Positions 18,273 through 29,352 of a stretch of 64,000 nt of DNA are shown piece after piece. This DNA comes from Escherichia phage BF15, in sequence record MW822007.1. One strand, written 5' to 3'. The notes beneath the pieces are model-generated. The model had not been told where the DNA came from, searched no databases, and worked only from the letters and a program-made list of their open reading frames with translations. Made by a program: the position numbers and the translations under genes. Position 1 is the first letter of the stretch, and each line of letters begins with the position of its first letter.

Positions 18273-20969
18273 TCAGCCAAACAGGAAGTCTAACGAAGCT
18301 TTTTCTTCATAGTCCATACCCGCTGATTCACACATACCCGCAAGCGGTTTAACAAACGATTTTTGGAACAAAGTTGAGTAGTCAATCCAAGACAGTACAT
18401 CAGAACGAATTTCTTTTGGAAGTTCCGTACCCGACGGCCAAGCAATGCACTTGTCACCAAATGGATTTCCCTCACGTAATGGAAGAACCATTACCTTATT
18501 TCCATCCAAAATTGGAGCTACACCTAAACCGTTAACAGCTCGACGATAAGTTAGCACCCCACGAATGTGGAACGGGCATTTAAATCCTGGCCAACCTTTA
18601 TCATCATATTTCGCTATATCATTCGCAGTTTTTACTTCAGCAATAACTTTATAGTCAAGTTGACGATATTCTTTCTCAAAGTTCTTATAGTATTCTTGGA
18701 CAGACTCTTCACCTTCCTGAAGAATACGACGAATACTTTCTTCGAGAGCTTCTTGTACTGCTTTTGGTGTTGAACTCTGCTGAGTTTCCATACCCATGAT
18801 TTTTAGATGCGGTTCAGCAAATCGTTTATCTTCCATATCATAAACGTTCAGAGCATAACGTTTTTTCGCTTTCCAAAATCCACCAACACCCTTTGAACCA
18901 AGCGGAGGACAAGAAATAGCTTCACGGTCCATATGCATCAGATGCTCGCGGTTATTCATATAATCACATAACTCACGATATGCAACATCAATCATAGGTT
19001 CCATCTTTTTCTTACCGAACTGATTCATGAATTCAACTAAATCATTTTGTTCTTTAAAGCGGTCAAGACCTACTTTTTCAATAACTTTATCTACGCAAAC
19101 ATATACAGAATCAGTATCACCTGCTGCGATGAAATCTTCACCATCAGTTCCACACACTTTATTCAGGTATTCATTAATTTTACGAGCAATCCACTGAATA
19201 CCAACTTGACCAAAAATTGTGATAGCAGTAGCATTTCGCAAATCATAGTAACGGAAATGAATATTACCAAGAGCACCATAAAGACTGTTAATAAGAATTT
19301 TACGGTTCAGCTGATTTGTGTTAGCAAGTGTAGCTGCTTTTTCACATTCTTCGATCAGACTATTAAGAACAGATTCGGTGTAATTCGATAATTCATTTAA
19401 GAAATCATCATTGAACTTAACATATCGTTCAACTTCTGGTTTAGTTGAACAAGACCCTGCGCCTTTCATAATAATCTTTTTAATAGCTTCGGCATTCATT
19501 TCTTCGGCGAACATTTTCTTTTTCCAATCTTTGCGTTGGAAAAATACTTTAGCGATTTCCTTTGGAATGATACCTTCTTGATGCTTATCATACATCCATC
19601 CATTCGGAGAACATGAATACTCATCACTTGGCTTAGGAGCTGTTCCTGCGATATATTCATGAATTGGATGAACTTTGAACTGTCCGCGAATAGTCTCAGG
19701 ACTAATGTTAACCTGACGAATAATGCTAGGATACAGAGACGTCAAGTCAAAACTCATAATGTATCGACGTGCAATCGGTTTAGGTTCAAATACAAATGCA
19801 CCTGGAAAACTTTGTTTAACGTGCGAACCTTGTTGAGGAATAACCTTATGTTCACCTTTCAACGAGTTAAAAATAATAGCATCCCAAGTTTTAATAGGAC
19901 TCATTACGCCAGAAAAAGGCATTTTAGCATAATAAGACATACTTAAAACTAGATCGATAAACCCACGAATTTTATCAATTGCTTGAACTGATTCTACGTC
20001 AATGATGTTATAACTAATGTATCGTTGATGATTAGTTTCACGAAGTTTATTAATAGGACCGTCGTACGGCAATTTACCTTTTTTGGTTTCGTGCTGAGCA
20101 ACTGATTCCAAAGAGAATGATGGCAAATTAGTAAATGCGAATTTCTTGTACAAATCTAAATAATCAAGAATAGATACGCCGTCAATAGAATAAATTTCTT
20201 TGCTACCATACATATTTTGAATTAGTTTAGATTTTACTCGACCGATTGGAGAGAAGCGTTTCATACTGCGTTCACCGAGAACCATTTTAACGCGATTCAT
20301 GATATACGGAACGTCAAATCCCTCAATATTCCAACCGGTAAAAATAGCAGGTCGTTTCTGTTCCCAGAGATTAATATATTCCATGAGCATATCACGCTCA
20401 TTATCGAATGGCATATAAATTACTCGGTCAAGAATTTCTTGAGGAACTTCATCACCACCTTCACAGTCAAGTTTAGCAGCTAACTTTGCATCCCATTTTG
20501 ATACTGAACCGTACATTGAATTCAACAAATCAAAGACGTAAAAACGGTCGTCAATTGAATCATAATGAGTGATAGCATCAATTTCATATTCTGCTTTCAT
20601 TGGGTCAGGAAATTTATCACCAGTAACCTCAATGTCGCAGTTAGCTACACGAACAAATTTTCGGTCATAAACAATTTCTGAACCATACGTATCACTGATA
20701 TAAGCGAGTTTAAAATCGTTCATACCAAGAGCTTCGAGACCGATGTCTTCCATTCGTTTCATCCAATCTCTGGCATCTTTCATTGATGGAAATTTTTGAG
20801 GAGCACAATTTTTACCATAAATGTCTTTGTATTTTGACTCTTCCTTACAATGCCTAAACATAGTCGGAAGATATTCTACTTCACGAGTACGTTCCTTTCC
20901 GTTTTCATCAATATAACGTTCAACAATGTTATTTCCGACTGTTTCAATAGAGATATAAAATTCTTTCAT
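18273..20969 (-). CDS. 43: DNA polymerase gp43 (family B)
   Basis: 898 aa; matches T4 gp43; operator hairpin upstream. Confidence 0.97.
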   Translation of the reverse strand: MKEFYISIETVGNNIVERYIDENGKERTREVEYLPTMFRHCKEESKYKDIYGKNCAPQKFPSMKDARDWMKRMEDIGLEALGMNDFKLAYISDTYGSEIVYDRKFVRVANCDIEVTGDKFPDPMKAEYEIDAITHYDSIDDRFYVFDLLNSMYGSVSKWDAKLAAKLDCEGGDEVPQEILDRVIYMPFDNERDMLMEYINLWEQKRPAIFTGWNIEGFDVPYIMNRVKMVLGERSMKRFSPIGRVKSKLIQNMYGSKEIYSIDGVSILDYLDLYKKFAFTNLPSFSLESVAQHETKKGKLPYDGPINKLRETNHQRYISYNIIDVESVQAIDKIRGFIDLVLSMSYYAKMPFSGVMSPIKTWDAIIFNSLKGEHKVIPQQGSHVKQSFPGAFVFEPKPIARRYIMSFDLTSLYPSIIRQVNISPETIRGQFKVHPIHEYIAGTAPKPSDEYSCSPNGWMYDKHQEGIIPKEIAKVFFQRKDWKKKMFAEEMNAEAIKKIIMKGAGSCSTKPEVERYVKFNDDFLNELSNYTESVLNSLIEECEKAATLANTNQLNRKILINSLYGALGNIHFRYYDLRNATAITIFGQVGIQWIARKINEYLNKVCGTDGEDFIAAGDTDSVYVCVDKVIEKVGLDRFKEQNDLVEFMNQFGKKKMEPMIDVAYRELCDYMNNREHLMHMDREAISCPPLGSKGVGGFWKAKKRYALNVYDMEDKRFAEPHLKIMGMETQQSSTPKAVQEALEESIRRILQEGEESVQEYYKNFEKEYRQLDYKVIAEVKTANDIAKYDDKGWPGFKCPFHIRGVLTYRRAVNGLGVAPILDGNKVMVLPLREGNPFGDKCIAWPSGTELPKEIRSDVLSWIDYSTLFQKSFVKPLAGMCESAGMDYEEKASLDFLFG

Positions 20970-21008
20970 AGATATTCCTTAGTTTATAGCCCGAGTTATT
21001 AGGCTCTT
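20970..21008 (-). promoter_or_regulatory. gene 43 translational operator
   Basis: minus-strand RNA GAGCC-UAAUAACUC-GGGCU hairpin then AAGGA SD and ATG; matches the T4 gp43 operator as recalled. Confidence 0.7.
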
Positions 21009-21024
21009 GATATATTATACTCCA

Positions 21025-21043
21025 AATAAGGGGCCGAAGCCCC
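21025..21043 (-). terminator. stem-loop/terminator between regA and 43
   Basis: GGGGC-UUCG-GCCCC hairpin plus U-rich tail. Confidence 0.55.
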
Positions 21044-21046
21044 TGC

Positions 21047-21415
21047 TTAATTACCAATCGTATATTTAGGAACGAGTTTCCATTCATGTTTTTGCTTAAA
21101 AGAAATAACTCGGAAGTTATTAGTTAAATCTTTCATAAAAGTTCTTTGACCGGGAGCGATTTCAATCAGTCCCCAATCTTCTAACAGCCATGCGATTGAA
21201 TCACGACGAACTTCATCTTCTTCTGTCATTTCAACTTGGCGACCATCCATACGAAGCATTTCTTTAAAATGAACAATATAGTATAGTCCTTTTTTCTGAA
21301 GAATGTGGCAGGACTGATACAGAACTTTATCTTTATTATTAGCAATTCCCATACGAGTCAAAGTTTCTTTTACTTTCAGAAAATCTTCAGGTTTTTTAAG
21401 AGTAATTTCAATCAT
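21047..21415 (-). CDS. regA: RegA translational repressor
   Basis: 122 aa; matches T4 RegA. Confidence 0.9.
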   Translation of the reverse strand: MIEITLKKPEDFLKVKETLTRMGIANNKDKVLYQSCHILQKKGLYYIVHFKEMLRMDGRQVEMTEEDEVRRDSIAWLLEDWGLIEIAPGQRTFMKDLTNNFRVISFKQKHEWKLVPKYTIGN

Positions 21416-21416
21416 T

Positions 21417-21980
21417 TTACCATTCCAATGCTAGTTTTTTGAGTTGTTTCTGTTCTTTTACGTTCTTAGTCACTTCTTTCAAAAAATCATCCGTGACTAA
21501 ACCTTTTAGTTCTTTTAATACTAAAGGAAGTTTTCCATTTTTAGTAAGAATTGATTTATAGTTAATTGCATCATTTGTATTAACTTGATACCGCTTAGCA
21601 AGTAACTTAATAATCAATACTTCGGTAGAATCTTCAACCAGTTTTGCCCATTTACCATATCTTTTACCCCGAGGAACAGCAGCCATCAGATAATTAAAAT
21701 GGGCTTCATCGCTTAAACCTGATCCAATTAAATTCATAGCATATACAGCTGGCATGCATTCAGGAAATTGTGATAATGCATTCTCAACCATGTATTTTGA
21801 ATAATCTTTTTGAGCAATAGAGCATTTAGTTTTATTATTAATAGCTCCAATTATTTCAAAAAATTCATTTTCAGCTTTTTCCTTAAAAGAATCAGCAGCA
21901 GATTGGACAGCTGTCCAATCTTTTGAATACCAAGCAACTTGATGCTCGTTTAATTGAATATCATCTTCAAATAAGCTCAT
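21417..21980 (-). CDS. 62: clamp loader subunit gp62
   Basis: 187 aa; position and size as T4 gp62. Confidence 0.9.
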   Translation of the reverse strand: MSLFEDDIQLNEHQVAWYSKDWTAVQSAADSFKEKAENEFFEIIGAINNKTKCSIAQKDYSKYMVENALSQFPECMPAVYAMNLIGSGLSDEAHFNYLMAAVPRGKRYGKWAKLVEDSTEVLIIKLLAKRYQVNTNDAINYKSILTKNGKLPLVLKELKGLVTDDFLKEVTKNVKEQKQLKKLALEW

Positions 21981-21981
21981 A

Positions 21982-22941
21982 TCACTTCCACTGCATTTCG
22001 CATGCTAATTGAATGAAAAGATATGCTAAATGTAATTCCGTATTAGCCGCAATTCCATGATACTGGTTATTTTCACCAACAATTTCATACATACGAATAA
22101 TACTTTGCGGAGTTACGCGTGTATAAATTTCTTCGGCAAGTTTACCTACGAACCACGAATAATCAGCTGCATATTTTGGTGCTAAAGCTCTGAGCTGTTT
22201 AACATCTTTATTTTTGAGAGATTCAAGAACATCATCAATAGCACCACGATCGTTAGTAACCAGTGATAAAATACCAGCATCCAAAACACCTTTAGATGAA
22301 TAACTATCGAGCTCGCCAATAGTTTTACGAAAATCAGGAAAATTCTTTTTAACCAAAGCTGCTACAACTTTCATATCAGCTATAGCAATTCCTTCACGCT
22401 TGCAGATTTCAGTCAATCGACGAATCATCTGCTTCATCATTTCAATTTTATCTTCATCGGTCGGTTGACCGAATGTAATAACTCGGCAGCGTGACTGAAG
22501 AGGTTTAATAATACCATCAATATTGTTAGCAGTAATAATAATGCTACAGTTTGAACTGTAAGCTTCCATAAAGGAACGAAGATGCCGCTGAGACTCTGCT
22601 AACCCTGAACGGTCAAATTCATCAATAACGATTACTTTTTGACGACCATCAAATGAAGCTGCACTAGCAAAATTAGTCAAAGGACCACGAACGAAATCAA
22701 TTTTACAATCTGACCCATTCACAAACATCATATCAGCATTTACGTCATGACACAATGCTTTTGCTACAGTTGTTTTGCCTGTTCCTGGAGAAGGAGAATG
22801 AAGAATAATATGTGGAATCTTACCTTTACTTGTAATAGATTTAAAGGTTTCTTTATCAAAGGCAGGAAGAATACATTCATCGATAGTAGATGGACGATAT
22901 TTCTGTTCAAGAATGTGTTCTTTTTCATTTACAGTAATCAT
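21982..22941 (-). CDS. 44: clamp loader ATPase gp44
   Basis: Walker A GTGKTT; ORF-track start 22956 is a TTG, moved to ATG 22941 (MITVNEKEH...). Confidence 0.95.
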   Translation of the reverse strand: MITVNEKEHILEQKYRPSTIDECILPAFDKETFKSITSKGKIPHIILHSPSPGTGKTTVAKALCHDVNADMMFVNGSDCKIDFVRGPLTNFASAASFDGRQKVIVIDEFDRSGLAESQRHLRSFMEAYSSNCSIIITANNIDGIIKPLQSRCRVITFGQPTDEDKIEMMKQMIRRLTEICKREGIAIADMKVVAALVKKNFPDFRKTIGELDSYSSKGVLDAGILSLVTNDRGAIDDVLESLKNKDVKQLRALAPKYAADYSWFVGKLAEEIYTRVTPQSIIRMYEIVGENNQYHGIAANTELHLAYLFIQLACEMQWK

Positions 22942-22973
22942 AATTTCCTCATTCAAGTTTTAGTGTAAATTAT

Positions 22974-22988
22974 AAAGGGCCGAAGCCC
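22974..22988 (-). terminator. stem-loop between genes 45 and 44
   Basis: GGGC-UUCG-GCCC hairpin in 45-44 intergenic region. Confidence 0.5.
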
Positions 22989-22992
22989 TCTA

Positions 22993-23679
22993 TTAAAAGT
23001 CGTGGGTAGAATCAGCTTCAAGAGCTACTACATAATTCGCATGTTCACCTTCAAATTTAGCAGCGCCTTGTTTACCTTTTGCCCAGAGCAGAAGTTTATA
23101 ATTTCCTGGTTGCATTTTCATATTTGCCATATTGATAATGAAATTAAATGTATTTTCACCATCATAATCACCAAGAGTCAAAGAATATTTAACACGAGTC
23201 AAAGCAGAATCTTCTACTTTATTAAAACCGTTAATTACGATTTTACCTTCTTTTACCGTGATAGCAATTGTATCAATCTGCAGACCACGAGATACACGCA
23301 ACAGTTGTTGAAGGTCTTCAGCTTTAATTTCAGTAACAACAGATGCTACTGGGAATGGAATTGGTTTATTAGGAGCAACTACTGTACTCGGATCGGCTGC
23401 TGGCCAAAAAATTGTTGAACGGGCATCAGCAATTTTAATATTTCCATCTTCTGACTGGGAAATTTCTGCATCATCATTAACTAGAGACAGAATACCGAGA
23501 AAACCGTTCAAATCGTAAATTGCTACATCAAAATCAATAGTGTCAGAAATATTTGCTTCCGCATAAGTTGTACCATTAACTGCGCGAGTCATAATAAATT
23601 GACCGGATTTAAGCATAATACCAGAGTTAATAGTAGCGAAATTTTTGAGCAGAGCAGTAGTATCTTTAGACAGTTTCAT
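22993..23679 (-). CDS. 45: sliding clamp gp45
   Basis: 228 aa; matches T4 gp45. Confidence 0.95.
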   Translation of the reverse strand: MKLSKDTTALLKNFATINSGIMLKSGQFIMTRAVNGTTYAEANISDTIDFDVAIYDLNGFLGILSLVNDDAEISQSEDGNIKIADARSTIFWPAADPSTVVAPNKPIPFPVASVVTEIKAEDLQQLLRVSRGLQIDTIAITVKEGKIVINGFNKVEDSALTRVKYSLTLGDYDGENTFNFIINMANMKMQPGNYKLLLWAKGKQGAAKFEGEHANYVVALEADSTHDF

Positions 23680-23734
23680 GTAATTTCCTTCAATTCAAAT
23701 GAGATTTAATTTTATAACTAATTTAATAAAGCAA

Positions 23735-24124
23735 TTAACGATTAAAATCGGCAGCAATTGTTTCCGCAACAATTTGAGCCGCAACAATTAGACGTTCATC
23801 TGCATTACCACAATAATCATCTTCAAGGCGTTCACCACATGAAGTCATAATAAATTTAGCACCAGCATTTAAAGATTCTGTCGTATGTTTGCGCATTAGT
23901 TCAATCCATTTATTACTTACTTCACGATCGATAGCTTCATAATACGCATGACGAGCAGGCGCAGATTTAATTTTGTTCTGAATAACTTCCATTGCGTTAT
24001 CAGAAAGAGACAAAACCCATGCTCGACGAATTTTATTTTGGTTTTGCGGATTTGATTCAGAACGCACGTGTTTTGGCTGAATATCTTTTACATCAACAGT
24101 ATAATTCACAGTAATTTTAGTCAT
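23735..24124 (-). CDS. rpbA: RNA polymerase-binding protein RpbA
   Basis: 129 aa; size and position as T4 RpbA. Confidence 0.75.
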
Positions 24125-24133
24125 AATACACCT

Positions 24134-24322
24134 TTAGTCATAATAATCAGTAACAGTCCAAGCTTCATTTCTGTTGGACATTATTTTCGTATATTCTGCT
24201 TTAAATGCATTCTTAAGCATAGATTCAGTAACTATATGCTCTTCATTAGAAAAATTATTTCTCAGAATATATCGTTTTATTTCAGGAATAGTTAATAGAT
24301 GCTGTCCAGTTGAATATTCCAT
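24134..24322 (-). CDS. hypothetical protein (45.2 position)
   Basis: 62 aa ORF. Confidence 0.45.
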   Translation of the reverse strand: MEYSTGQHLLTIPEIKRYILRNNFSNEEHIVTESMLKNAFKAEYTKIMSNRNEAWTVTDYYD

Positions 24323-24377
24323 GTTTTTCCTCCATAGAGATTATACTCTAATAAATTAAAGCATAATCTCTTATAAA

Positions 24378-26060
24378 TTAAACCATTACAGTAAATCGAC
24401 CAACTTTCTTCATTTGAAGATGCTGACCATATTCTTGTGGGTCATGGTCTTTATGCGAAATTATAAAAACATTAGTGTTTTTCATTGAATTTATAATATT
24501 AGCTACACCTTTAATACCTTCGGCATCAAATGACCCATCAAACACTTCATCAAGAATTAATGTACTAATACTAACACCAGATACGATAGAAGCAATATCA
24601 CGCCAAGTAAATAAAAGAGCAATATCAATGCGTGCTTTTTCACCTTCACTAAATGAAGCATAACTAAAATCTTCACGACCACGGGATTTAATTGTCTCAT
24701 TAAATTCTTCATCTAATGTAAACACATAATCCGCTTCCATTATTTTAAGATAATGGTTAATCTGCTTATTAAATAATGGAATGTACTTTTTAATAATAGC
24801 ACCTTTAATACCAGAATCTTTGAGCATATCAGTCAAAATTCCTCTATGGTATTTTTCCATTACTAAATTAGTTTTTGTCTTAACAATTTTATCAAGTTCT
24901 TCTTGAAGCAGTGCTATTTCATCAGCATGGTCAATAAACTCAGATGATGCTTTTTCTATAGCCGCTTTAACTTTTTTAGCTTTATCTACCGTCGTGATTA
25001 GAGATTGCTTTTTATTGCGAATATCATTTGCCAACGTCTGCTGGGTTTTAATATTATCTCGGTATTCATCAACAAGAACTTTTAAATTGTCACGGTGTGT
25101 TGAAAGCTGTTCAAAGGAATGCGTGCATTCAGAAACTTTATCTTTAATTTTAGAAACAACTTTATCACCTGAACTTAATTGTGACAAACAGGTTGGACAT
25201 AATCCACCTTCGTGATACATATTAATGACTTTATTATACGAGTCAATTTTTGATTTAATCAAAACTGCTTCTTGACCGATTTTATTAAATGCATCAGTCG
25301 GGTCTTCATCTAAAACAATATTAACTAATCTTTCATTAGCTTCTTCTATTTCCGATTTTAGCGTTCTAGCTTCCTTTGCCAAATCGTCATACATATTCTG
25401 CAGACGAGTAAGGTTTTCACCAGACAATTTTTTCTGGCGTTCAACGTTATCATTATATATTTTAATTTGTTGGATAATACTATCTTTTTTAACATCAAGC
25501 ACTTGGTTTTGTGAATTTAATTCACGTATTAGTGCTTTATTAAGCTTATCCATTTCAGCTAATGTTCCTACTTCGAGCAGGTCTTCGACAAGTTTTCTTC
25601 TTGCAGGAGTGGATAGGCCCATGAAAGGGGTATATCCAGCCGTGCCGAGTACGACGATCTGTTTGAAACTGGCGTATGACATTCCGATAAGCTGTTCAAA
25701 TTCTGCTTGGAAATCTTTACTGCTGGCAGATTCATTAAGACGTGTACCGTTAACGGTGATTTCGAAAACATTTGGTTTTTGTCCTCTTTTGATATAGTAC
25801 TTTTTCTCATCATATTCCATCCACAGTTCAACTAAAAGCTCTTTCTTATTTGTACTGTTTATTAATTGACCTTTCTTTACATCACGAAATGGCTTGCCAA
25901 AAAGCCCAAATGTGATGGCTTCTAACATAGTAGACTTACCACCGCCATTTCGTCCAGTAATAAGAGTTTTTTGAACCTTATCTAGTTGAATGTCAATAGG
26001 ATTTCCACCTACTGACATTATATTTTGATACCTAACTCGGTTTAGTTTAAAATTCTTCAC
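24378..26060 (-). CDS. 46: recombination endonuclease subunit gp46 (Rad50/SbcC-like)
   Basis: 560 aa; Walker A GRNGGGKST; coiled coil with CPTC zinc hook. Confidence 0.95.
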   Translation of the reverse strand: MKNFKLNRVRYQNIMSVGGNPIDIQLDKVQKTLITGRNGGGKSTMLEAITFGLFGKPFRDVKKGQLINSTNKKELLVELWMEYDEKKYYIKRGQKPNVFEITVNGTRLNESASSKDFQAEFEQLIGMSYASFKQIVVLGTAGYTPFMGLSTPARRKLVEDLLEVGTLAEMDKLNKALIRELNSQNQVLDVKKDSIIQQIKIYNDNVERQKKLSGENLTRLQNMYDDLAKEARTLKSEIEEANERLVNIVLDEDPTDAFNKIGQEAVLIKSKIDSYNKVINMYHEGGLCPTCLSQLSSGDKVVSKIKDKVSECTHSFEQLSTHRDNLKVLVDEYRDNIKTQQTLANDIRNKKQSLITTVDKAKKVKAAIEKASSEFIDHADEIALLQEELDKIVKTKTNLVMEKYHRGILTDMLKDSGIKGAIIKKYIPLFNKQINHYLKIMEADYVFTLDEEFNETIKSRGREDFSYASFSEGEKARIDIALLFTWRDIASIVSGVSISTLILDEVFDGSFDAEGIKGVANIINSMKNTNVFIISHKDHDPQEYGQHLQMKKVGRFTVMV

Positions 26061-26320
26061 AAAAGATTCCTTTTAATGTATCTTTTAGACCATTCTATCA
26101 TATCATCATAATCTAAAAAGTATTCATCAAATTCAACCATGCAAACAACACCTTGTGCTGCTTTTGATGTGATATAAATTATTCCAACATATCTAGAATC
26201 TTCTTCGGTGTAATCAATATTTGCTATGAATTCATCGTTAATGTCAAATGTCGAAAACTTCACAATATGCATCCTTAATACAAGATACAGCCATATCTTG
26301 TAATGATTTAGGTGTGTCAT
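26057..26320 (-). CDS. hypothetical protein (46.1 position)
   Basis: 87 aa ORF; start uncertain; overlaps next ORF in a different frame. Confidence 0.35.
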   Translation of the reverse strand: MTHLNHYKIWLYLVLRMHIVKFSTFDINDEFIANIDYTEEDSRYVGIIYITSKAAQGVVCMVEFDEYFLDYDDMIEWSKRYIKRNLL

Positions 26321-26507
26321 TATCTAAAATGTTGAAGTTAAAAGATACAGCCCAGTCAGTGCAGACCGTAACCTTTTTAATACAATTATCTTCAACCTCT
26401 AGTGGTTCAAACCAATATTCAATAATTTCTTTATGCCCAATATCATCTTTTACTTCGCATTCAAAATGCTGACTCATCATAACATTTTTAAATTCATCAA
26501 AAGTCAT
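26244..26507 (-). CDS. hypothetical protein (46.2 position)
   Basis: 87 aa ORF immediately downstream of gene 47. Confidence 0.4.
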   Translation of the reverse strand: MTFDEFKNVMMSQHFECEVKDDIGHKEIIEYWFEPLEVEDNCIKKVTVCTDWAVSFNFNILDNDTPKSLQDMAVSCIKDAYCEVFDI

Positions 26508-27523
26508 TGTGTTGCCTCTACATATAACTGATTTGCATATTGAATAAGTGCTTCGCGATCAGAATCAGTGATGTCTGGAATTGCATTAATGTATTCTTCC
26601 ATCAACGTCTGAAGAGATTGAACTTCAACTTCTTCACTATCATCTGACTCGACAGAGTTATCAATCTTTGACACAACTCGTAATGAATGCACAACTTTTT
26701 CTAGTTCAGATTCGAACTTCGTTAGATTTTTGTCTACCTCAGTTACTATAACACGTACTGACAGATTTGTAAAATCTTTATAGTCAATTTTTCCCTTAAA
26801 TGGATATTGAATTCGACGATGCCAGGTAGTGTTGTTTGGAATAAATTCCATTCGTTCTGTTTCTGTATCAAACATCCAGAACCCACGAGGGTCATTCTCG
26901 TCACCCGCAGTTAGTGTCCATGGTGTCCCAATATATTTGACGTTAGCAGCCTCAGAGATAGTATGGAAGTGACCAGACCACACTTCTTTGTAAGTCTTAA
27001 GGAAATCAGGTTCAAGACCGTGAGATTTCATTCCTTTATAAAAATAAAATCCATTCAGTTCCCAGTGACCAACACAAAAGGAAGCAGATGAAGTTTTAAT
27101 ATGTTCAAGAATTTCACCGGTATTTTCTTCACACATCCAAGGAATTAAATCAATCAAACATCCGTCAAAATCTACTGTAGTAGGCTTATCATATACTTTA
27201 ACATTAGGATATTTAGCCAAAAGCTCAGTAGAAGCATTTGGAGTTAAAGTATTTTTAAAGTGCATATCATGGTTTCCTACAACAGTATGTAGGGTAATAC
27301 CAGCATCATCAAGCATTTGAACTATTTCACGGGCGAACTCCATAGTTTTATGTGTGATTGCTTTTCGCACATCAAAAATATCGCCGTATTGAATCCATGT
27401 AGTAATTCCGTTTTTCTTGGAATATTCTATCGCCTGCTTAATTCCATCCAACTGGATCGATTGAATCCACTCATCATCGGCTTTAACGCCTAAATGCCAA
27501 TCACCTAAATTTAAAATTTTCAT
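26504..27523 (-). CDS. 47: recombination endonuclease subunit gp47 (Mre11/SbcD-like)
   Basis: 339 aa; phosphoesterase motifs DWHLG, GNHD. Confidence 0.95.
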   Translation of the reverse strand: MKILNLGDWHLGVKADDEWIQSIQLDGIKQAIEYSKKNGITTWIQYGDIFDVRKAITHKTMEFAREIVQMLDDAGITLHTVVGNHDMHFKNTLTPNASTELLAKYPNVKVYDKPTTVDFDGCLIDLIPWMCEENTGEILEHIKTSSASFCVGHWELNGFYFYKGMKSHGLEPDFLKTYKEVWSGHFHTISEAANVKYIGTPWTLTAGDENDPRGFWMFDTETERMEFIPNNTTWHRRIQYPFKGKIDYKDFTNLSVRVIVTEVDKNLTKFESELEKVVHSLRVVSKIDNSVESDDSEEVEVQSLQTLMEEYINAIPDITDSDREALIQYANQLYVEATQ

Positions 27524-27660
27524 ATATCAAGAACCGTCATTGAAATGCAAAATAAAATTATTGAAATAAATCCATCTGGAGTGCTAAAGAACCCAATCCA
27601 ACATGCTCTAGCAAATAGATAAAATGCAAGAAAAAGTATCACATATCCAAGAAATATCAT
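27520..27660 (-). CDS. hypothetical small membrane protein (47.1 position)
   Basis: 46 aa hydrophobic ORF translated by hand; TGA overlaps gene 47 ATG. Confidence 0.3.
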   Translation of the reverse strand: MIFLGYVILFLAFYLFARACWIGFFSTPDGFISIILFCISMTVLDI

Positions 27661-27680
27661 TATATCAAACTCCGTATAAA

Positions 27681-27698
27681 GCTAAAGGGCCGAAGCCC
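27681..27698 (-). terminator. stem-loop/terminator after alpha-gt
   Basis: GGGC-UUCG-GCCC hairpin just after alpha-gt stop, then U run. Confidence 0.55.
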
Positions 27699-27699
27699 T

Positions 27700-28902
27700 T
27701 TATTTTGTAATAATGTCAAACTGTTCTTTAAAGCAGAAGCTTGAATCTTGATGCTGATACAAAAATTCATAAGCTTTTTCACGTTCACGGTCATAAAGAG
27801 CTCGGTCAGATGACAGTTCTTTAATACGCTCAAATGTTGATTCCATGTCATTTTCATCAAACCAAACGATACCGCTATCGTGTGAAATTAATGGAGTATT
27901 ATCAACACGGAATTTTAAATTTTCGCCAGTAGATTTCCAAAATACTGGAATTGTTCCACATGCACCAAGCTCGAGATGAGTGTATTCTAAAGAACGTTGT
28001 AGATATTTTTTATCTAATTTACTCAGCTGATAACCAAATCCGGATTTACTCATGCGTTCAAGCATTTCGCTATTTACATAACGGTCGAGAATTTGCGTTG
28101 GCAAATTAGGAGCAATTTTAATTTGGTCTACTTGATGAAGACGATAATACTCGTATGGAATTCCTTTTTCTTTAATAGGAATGAACGCTGGAGAACGTTC
28201 CAGACCTTCCATAATAGTACTTAGTCCTGCAGGTTTAAGATGTTTTTCGTGAAAATCAAACATCTGATAAAAACCTTTCCATGTAGTAGTACGACCAATC
28301 CAACGATTGATATTCATGTTAATTTCAGAAACATCTTTCCAGTAGGTTGATCGAACCTTCGCAATATCCATAGGAGGCTGAAAGTTATATACGGTCGGTG
28401 CTTCTTCAATATCATCAAACAGAGAAACAGTTTCCGGATACCATTCTTTCATTAAAACTTTATTAAAATCACCATTATCAGAATGGCTAAAAATAACATC
28501 AGCTCGACGAACAGTTTCTTCTAATCCCAAATTTCGACGCAAAGAAAGAGAAGAATGGTCATGCTGATAAACTACAACACGAACCGAAGGTTTAATGTTA
28601 TCAATAATTTTTTTATAGTTATTAATTGTGTCTTCTTCAACTGAAGTAGCAGGAACTGAATTGATAATTAGAATATCACAATCATTTACCAGCTTAAGCG
28701 TTTTATCGTATTCTTTTGCCAATAAAACCGGAATTGAAAATGATTTATAATCATGCGCGCAATTACGGGTAAATGATTTATCTTTAGCATAAACCAAAGT
28801 TACTTCATGACCATTTTTAATAAACCAATCACGCTGCTCAAGAGAAAATTTAGTTACGCCGCAACCTTCAAGACCTCGAGCCATAAAAATACATACTTTC
28901 AT
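27700..28902 (-). CDS. agt: alpha-glucosyltransferase
   Basis: 400 aa; N-terminus ...CIFMARGLEGCGVTKFSLEQRDWF matches T4 alpha-gt as recalled. Confidence 0.9.
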   Translation of the reverse strand: MKVCIFMARGLEGCGVTKFSLEQRDWFIKNGHEVTLVYAKDKSFTRNCAHDYKSFSIPVLLAKEYDKTLKLVNDCDILIINSVPATSVEEDTINNYKKIIDNIKPSVRVVVYQHDHSSLSLRRNLGLEETVRRADVIFSHSDNGDFNKVLMKEWYPETVSLFDDIEEAPTVYNFQPPMDIAKVRSTYWKDVSEINMNINRWIGRTTTWKGFYQMFDFHEKHLKPAGLSTIMEGLERSPAFIPIKEKGIPYEYYRLHQVDQIKIAPNLPTQILDRYVNSEMLERMSKSGFGYQLSKLDKKYLQRSLEYTHLELGACGTIPVFWKSTGENLKFRVDNTPLISHDSGIVWFDENDMESTFERIKELSSDRALYDREREKAYEFLYQHQDSSFCFKEQFDIITK

Positions 28903-28952
28903 TTAATATCCTCATTGTTTTGGTTTATTTTACCAAAAATTTATAAAGCAAT

Positions 28953-28972
28953 ATAGGAGCCGAAGCTCCTAT
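28953..28972 (-). terminator. stem-loop upstream of alpha-gt
   Basis: AUAGGAGC-UUCG-GCUCCUAU hairpin. Confidence 0.45.
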
Positions 28973-29142
28973 CCGCATAATACACCGTACAGAGGCTCAT
29001 TAGAGCTTCTAAATTTTATGCGCTTATATGTTATAGTTCCTTCTGCTTTAGCTTTATCATGAGACTCTTTAAAGCGTCTCATCATTTCTACTTTAGAGGA
29101 ACGAATTTTATTATAATCTATTTCAGAAGTCTGGGTGTTCAT
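28969..29142 (-). CDS. hypothetical small protein
   Basis: 57 aa ORF (MNTQTSEIDYNK...) translated by hand; below track cut-off. Confidence 0.3.
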   Translation of the reverse strand: MNTQTSEIDYNKIRSSKVEMMRRFKESHDKAKAEGTITYKRIKFRSSNEPLYGVLCG

Positions 29143-29145
29143 CTT

Positions 29146-29352
29146 TCACAGTTGCCACCATTTTTTGACTTGGTAAGAATCAACCCACACTTTCATATTA
29201 GGGTCTGCTCTTACAATAGGAGGATTAACTTCTTTAATTGAACTATCATGGTATTCTTTTTCAGAAATTTTCACACAAAGATGACCGTTCAAAGATTCAG
29301 TAAATCCTGCATTAATTTTAAGACGCTTGAATTTTACGTGTGTAAGCATCAA
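29146..29352 (-). CDS. hypothetical protein
   Basis: 68 aa ORF. Confidence 0.4.
   Translation of the reverse strand: MMLTHVKFKRLKINAGFTESLNGHLCVKISEKEYHDSSIKEVNPPIVRADPNMKVWVDSYQVKKWWQL

Noticed and set aside
18092-18280. N-terminal extensions of ORF-track entries 17711-18280, 42803-43390 and 44492-45631 (translations ...GTIQLSTDTDLEN...)
   Set aside because: These residues are the in-frame translation of the conserved early promoter and leader; true starts are downstream ATGs with SD sequences
27660-27860. 66 aa ORF overlapping the 3' end of alpha-gt
   Set aside because: Out-of-frame overlap with a conserved gene; the small 46 aa ORF 27520-27660 with stop/start coupling is a better fit for this interval
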